Shown piece after piece: positions 59,588 to 64,000 of a stretch of DNA of 64,000 nt (positions within the stretch are counted from its first letter, which is position 1; each line of letters begins with the position of its first letter). The stretch lies in NCBI GenBank assembly GCA_963845755.1, contig CAWJTV010000013.1:160001-224000 (forward strand). The letters run 5' to 3'. Source of the stretch: an uncultured Planctomycetota bacterium. Lineage in GTDB: Bacteria; Planctomycetota; Planctomycetia; Isosphaerales; Isosphaeraceae. The notes under the pieces were generated by a model, which worked only from the letters and a program-made list of their open reading frames with translations, did no database searches and was not told where the DNA came from. Made by a program: the position numbers and the translations under genes.

Positions 59588-62300
59588 ATGTCGAGTGTGA
59601 CGCGCAGTGCGGTCGTTCGGCCGATTTATCGACTCTTTGACGAGGGTACCCTGGTCGGCTCAAGTGATGCGGAACTCCTGGAACGGTTCGTGGCCCGGCG
59701 CGACGAGCGGGCATTCGAGGCCCTGATCATCCGGCACGGGCGCTCGGTTCAGGCGGTCTGCCGTGATGTGTTGCGCGACGCCCATGATGCCGAGGACGCC
59801 TTCCAGGCCACGTTCCTGATCCTGGCCCGAAAGGCGGGATCCCTCTGGGTGGGGAATTCGCTGGCGGCGTGGTTGCATCGCGTGGCGCGCCGGGTCGCCG
59901 TCGAGGCGAACCAGCAGAAGGCCCGGCGGCGGGCCGTCGAAACGACGGGGCTGGACGTTAACTCGGCGCGAACGAAGATTTCACCATCCCCGTCGTGGGG
60001 AACCTTACCGCAGGCGCTGCACGACGAGATCGACCGACTGCCGGAGAAATATCGAGTCCCGATCATCCTCTGCGACCTGGAAGAGCTGACGCGCGACGAG
60101 GCGGCCCAACGGCTGGGCTGGCCGCCCGGCACGGTCGCCGGTCGAACTGGCGCGGGCCCGCGCCTTGCTGAGGGATCGACTCGTCCGCCGCGGGCATGCC
60201 GAATGGAGTGGACTCATGGCGATTTCCTGGACACGAGGTGCGGCGTGTGGTGACGTTCTCACCTCCTGGATCAAGACGACCGCCGCAGCCATCACGACGT
60301 CTCCGGTCGACCCGTTGAAGATGCCAGGAGCAGCCTCCGTGGGGAGTGCGGTCCTGGCGCGAGGAGTGATTCGAACCATGATGTGGACCAAGTTGAAGAC
60401 GATCGCGTTCGTGTTCTTCACGGTGGGACTCGCGCCGGCGATCCTGGCCCTGGCCGTGGCGAAGACGCGGTTCGAGACGACGCCCGACGAGGCCAGGCTC
60501 GCCTTCCAGGAAGGTCCAGCCGTCCCGGCGGCGAAGGAACACTCCGCGACGAAGCCGGGCAAAGGGCCCATTGCGGGCACGATCGTGCTCCTGGATGGAA
60601 CGCCGGCCAGGGACGCACGGGTGTTCGTCTCCGTGGTCGAAGCTGTCTTCAGTCAAGGCCATCTCCGGGCCGAGACGCGGGCCGACGCCCAGGGCCGGTT
60701 CTCCCTGGACATCGCCCCCGTGGAGGTTGCGACGGCCTCATGGATTGGAGGCGGAACGCTCTGGGCCTATCGGCCGGGATCGCGCGCGGCATTCACTCCG
60801 TTTTATCGCGGAGCCCTTGCACCGGGATTGCCCCAGCGGTTCGTTCTGGGGCCGCCGGCCCATACGGTTTTCGAGGTACGTGGTCCCGACGGCCAGCCGG
60901 TCGCCGGCGCACGGGTCGAGCCGCGCCGGCTCAACAGTCACGACGCGAGCGTACCGGAAGACCTTGCGTCGCACATCGGGGCCAGCACAGTCACCGACGC
61001 CCACGGCCGCGCCGTGATGACCGCGTTCACTCCCGAGGAGATCGAGTCGGTTCGCGTCGTGTCCGAGAACTACGGGCCGCAGGATTTTCGCTTCAAATTC
61101 CAGGAGCTGATCCCGGAACCCCGCGTCCTGTCGCTCCACCCCGCGGGACGCCTCAAAGGGCGCCTGGTCGGGGACCCCGATGCCGTCCGCCGCCGTCCCC
61201 TCCGAGTGGTCAGTTTCCAGGAGTCGAACGAACAGGAAACGTCGGTCCTCCAGCAGGAGATCACGACCGATGTCGACGGACGGTTTGACATTCCCGCGAC
61301 CGCCGCCGGTCGTCATTTCGTCAGTACCATTCCACGGTCCGATTTCCGCTGGTACGCGAGTACAGGGGCGAGTGAGATCGACGTCAAGCCAGGCCAAACG
61401 ACCGAGGTGGGAATCCCCTTAAAGCGGGCGATCCGGGTGCGGGGATTCGTTCGCGAGAAAGGGACCGGGAAGCCTATTGAAGGCGCGCGGGTCGGCGTCA
61501 CGATCGCCGAGACGACGCCGATGACCACCGATCCCAACGGCCGCTACGAGGGCTATGTCCCACCCGAGATCACCATGGTGAGACCCTGGTCGGTCCCCCC
61601 AGGTTACGCGATGCCGGCTTACGGCGGCCCTCGCCAGCAGAGGGTTCCCGAGAATGTCGAGGACTTCGAGGTGGAAACTCTGGAGTTGATGCGGGCGGGC
61701 GAGCTGCTTGGGCTCGTGGTGGACGATAACGCCCGGCCGGTCGCCGGAGCCGAGGTCGAGGCATCCTGGAATCTGGACGAGTCGGGACCTGGCACGGGTC
61801 ACCATCGCCTCACGGCCCGGACCGGCCCGGATGGCCGATTCGTCGTCGATCGCGTGCCAGTGGACGCCGAGGTTGCCTTGTCCGCGCATCACCGTGGGGT
61901 TCGTACGGCAGAGTCCCGAACGTCGCGCGTCGGCGAGGCGACGATCCTCCGGCTCACGGTCGAGAGCGGGGTGAGCATAGAAGGCCGCGTCCTCGATCCC
62001 ACGGGCCGGCCGGTCGCCGGCGCCTTGGTGCATCTCCGCTCCTCGAGACGCGACGTTCCTCATGGCCCGATCAAGGGGAGCGAGCAGGTTGCGTTCGAGG
62101 GCGGAACGATCCTGGTCGCGGACGCCGAGGGCCGGTTCCGGACCCCTCCGGGGCTCGACTCCGATGGCGAGTACGCCGCCTACGCCTCGGCCGTGGGTTA
62201 TCGATCGAGTCGCACCTACTGGACCCGGGGCGGGCTCAAGGTCTTCACGGGCCTGACGCTTCAGCCCGAGGCTGAAGCTCCAGCGAAGTCGTCGGAATGA
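59588..62300 (+). CDS. ECF sigma factor with TM and a long extracytoplasmic extension (carboxypeptidase-regulatory-like repeats); indel at ~60145
   Basis: DAELLERF..RRDERAFEAL..RHG, DAEDAFQATFLILARKA, LPEKYR.PIILC, LGWPPGTV; repeated G.V.D..G.PV.GA.V / TD.DGRF. Confidence 0.88.
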
Positions 62301-62312
62301 AAGACGACTCGA

Positions 62313-63365
62313 TCACACACCACCCCACGGGCCTTCGATCACCTGATGCTCGTTCGACGACCGTGTCGCGGCCTCGAGCACGCGGACGACTTCACGAGCT
62401 TCTTCAGCCCTGACCGCCAGGGGTGTCCCGGCACTCAGATGATCGGCGATGTTGCGATAGAAGCCATCCCAGTGATCGTGGACGGTCGCCACGCGGTTCT
62501 CGACAACCGCGTCCGAATCATCCGATCGGCGGAGAATCCCCTCGTGCTGGGGCGGTTCGGTGGCGCGGTCGATGTCGCCGGCGCGGAGGGCGTTCTCCTG
62601 CGGGTCGATCCCGTACTTGACGAATCCGCCGTCGGTGCCGACGATCCACCAGCGGGGCCGGTCGATCCGGCAGACCCGGCTGTTCTCGATCTGGAAGAGC
62701 GTGTCGTCGAACTCCATGACGATCCGGCCATGCCCGCCGGTGTCGACGCCCTCCCAGGGGCTGGGGCTCAGCCATGCGTAGAGACGCCGGCAAGGTCCGA
62801 GGCCGAGCTGGAGGGCCTGGTCGACGAGGTGCGCGCCCCAGTCGTACAGGATCGTGCCGGCTGCCGAGGCATCGCGACGCCAGCCGCGCGGCGACGCGAA
62901 TCGACAGACCGCGCTCTCGAAGAGTAACGGCTGGCCGATCGCACCCCGGGCGAGGACATCCTTGACCGTTGCAAAGTCCCAATCCCATCGCCGGTTGTGA
63001 AAGACCGAGAGCATGCATCCCGAACGATCGCGCGCGGCGATCATGCGGTCGGCGTCGGCGGTCGAGAGCGCCATGACCTTGTCTACCACGCAGTGACGCG
63101 ACGCGTCGAGCGTCCGGACGGCCAGCTCAGCGTGCGAGTCGTGCGGCGTCGCGATCACCACCAGCGCCACGGCGGGATCGGCCAGGGCCTCGTCCAGGCT
63201 GGCATAGCCGCGGACGCCCTCACCCCAGAGCGCCAGGGCCTCGGCCCGGACGGCGGGATCGCGGGCGACGATCCCGTGGAGAGTCAATCCCGGCTGGCGA
63301 CGGATCAAGGGACAGTGGAAGGACCGGCCCGCCAGGCCATGGCCGACGACGACGGTGGGGATCAT
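62313..63365 (-). CDS. Gfo/Idh/MocA oxidoreductase
   Basis: VVVGHGLAGRSFH, VVDK, VFHNRRWD and LYDWGAHLVDQ. Confidence 0.92.
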   Translation of the reverse strand: MIPTVVVGHGLAGRSFHCPLIRRQPGLTLHGIVARDPAVRAEALALWGEGVRGYASLDEALADPAVALVVIATPHDSHAELAVRTLDASRHCVVDKVMALSTADADRMIAARDRSGCMLSVFHNRRWDWDFATVKDVLARGAIGQPLLFESAVCRFASPRGWRRDASAAGTILYDWGAHLVDQALQLGLGPCRRLYAWLSPSPWEGVDTGGHGRIVMEFDDTLFQIENSRVCRIDRPRWWIVGTDGGFVKYGIDPQENALRAGDIDRATEPPQHEGILRRSDDSDAVVENRVATVHDHWDGFYRNIADHLSAGTPLAVRAEEAREVVRVLEAATRSSNEHQVIEGPWGGV

Positions 63366-63681
63366 GCTGGGACTCCTCCTCACGCTTTCATCCGCAACCC
63401 AAGAGGGATTCACGATTCAAGACTCGAGATTCAAGAATGGGAATCGCCTTCGTCTCGAATCGGGAACGCGATCGCCCGGCCGTTGATACGATCGGAACGA
63501 TTTGACCGCGAACACGCGATTCCTAATAATACAGAGAATAGCCCCGGGGCTCGATTCCTCGGGCCGATTGGATTCAATTCGATCGGAACATCGGGAGACT
63601 ACTTATAAATTAATGATTTGCGAAGATCCAGCCCGAGCCTGATCCGGGTTGATGGCGCAATCAGGAAGGAAGGGTGCAGGA

Positions 63682-64000
63682 ATGATTCCTCTGGGCCGTG
63701 CTGAACCTCGGATCAACGGGCCGTTGCCTGGACCCAAGGCCGCCGCGTGGCTGGAGCGCGACCACCGGGTGATGTCGCCGTCGTACACGCGGACGTATCC
63801 GCTGGTGGTGCGCCGGGCGTCGGCGCGATGGTCGAGGACGTCGACGGCAACCGGTTCCTCGATTTCACGGCGGGGATCGCCGTGACCAACGTCGGGCACT
63901 CACATCCCAAGGTGGTGGCGGCGATCCGGCAGCAATCGCAACGCCTGATCCACATGTCGGGGACGGATTTCTATTATGCTCCGCAGGTCCGATTGGGTGA
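63682..64000 (+). CDS. Class III PLP aminotransferase, 5' part; indel at ~63815
   Basis: LPGPKA...[12 protein letters not shown], then [28 protein letters not shown]. Runs off the window end. Confidence 0.9.

Overview
High-GC window that I infer is from a planctomycete (Isosphaeraceae-like). The basis is a LEPR-xLL secreted protein, an ECF sigma factor paired with a Ser/Thr kinase, an ECF with a long C-terminal extension, and an exosortase-EpsI fusion. About 18 small indels break otherwise intact genes, most likely long-read error, so split ORFs were re-joined by hand. Layout: (1) guaB, secreted proteins and peptidases, plus a small accessory block with Uma2, TIR-STAND-TPR and a DUF5678-like/retropepsin pair (0-16.4 kb). 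(2) A cell-surface locus with a sugar epimerase, a ~2000-aa beta-helix/Ig-repeat protein, a TPR-sulfotransferase, exosortase-EpsI, a giant TPR protein and a PEP-CTERM-like protein (17-38 kb). (3) A mobile/defence-like island (38.5-51.7 kb) with two IS5-family elements around an ECF-kinase pair, an N6-methyltransferase coupled to an orphan PIN nuclease, a truncated SWIM-finger transposase, two toxin-antitoxin (TA)-like pairs, stuttered palindromic repeats and an IS4 fragment. (4) Metabolic genes (52-64 kb). The strongest observation is a complete, ORF-less group II intron (48948-49726). It sits exactly in one arm of a perfect 20-bp palindromic repeat, and its EBS1 loop is complementary to that repeat. 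The second is the MTase+PIN module, apparently carried as cargo of the SWIM-type element.
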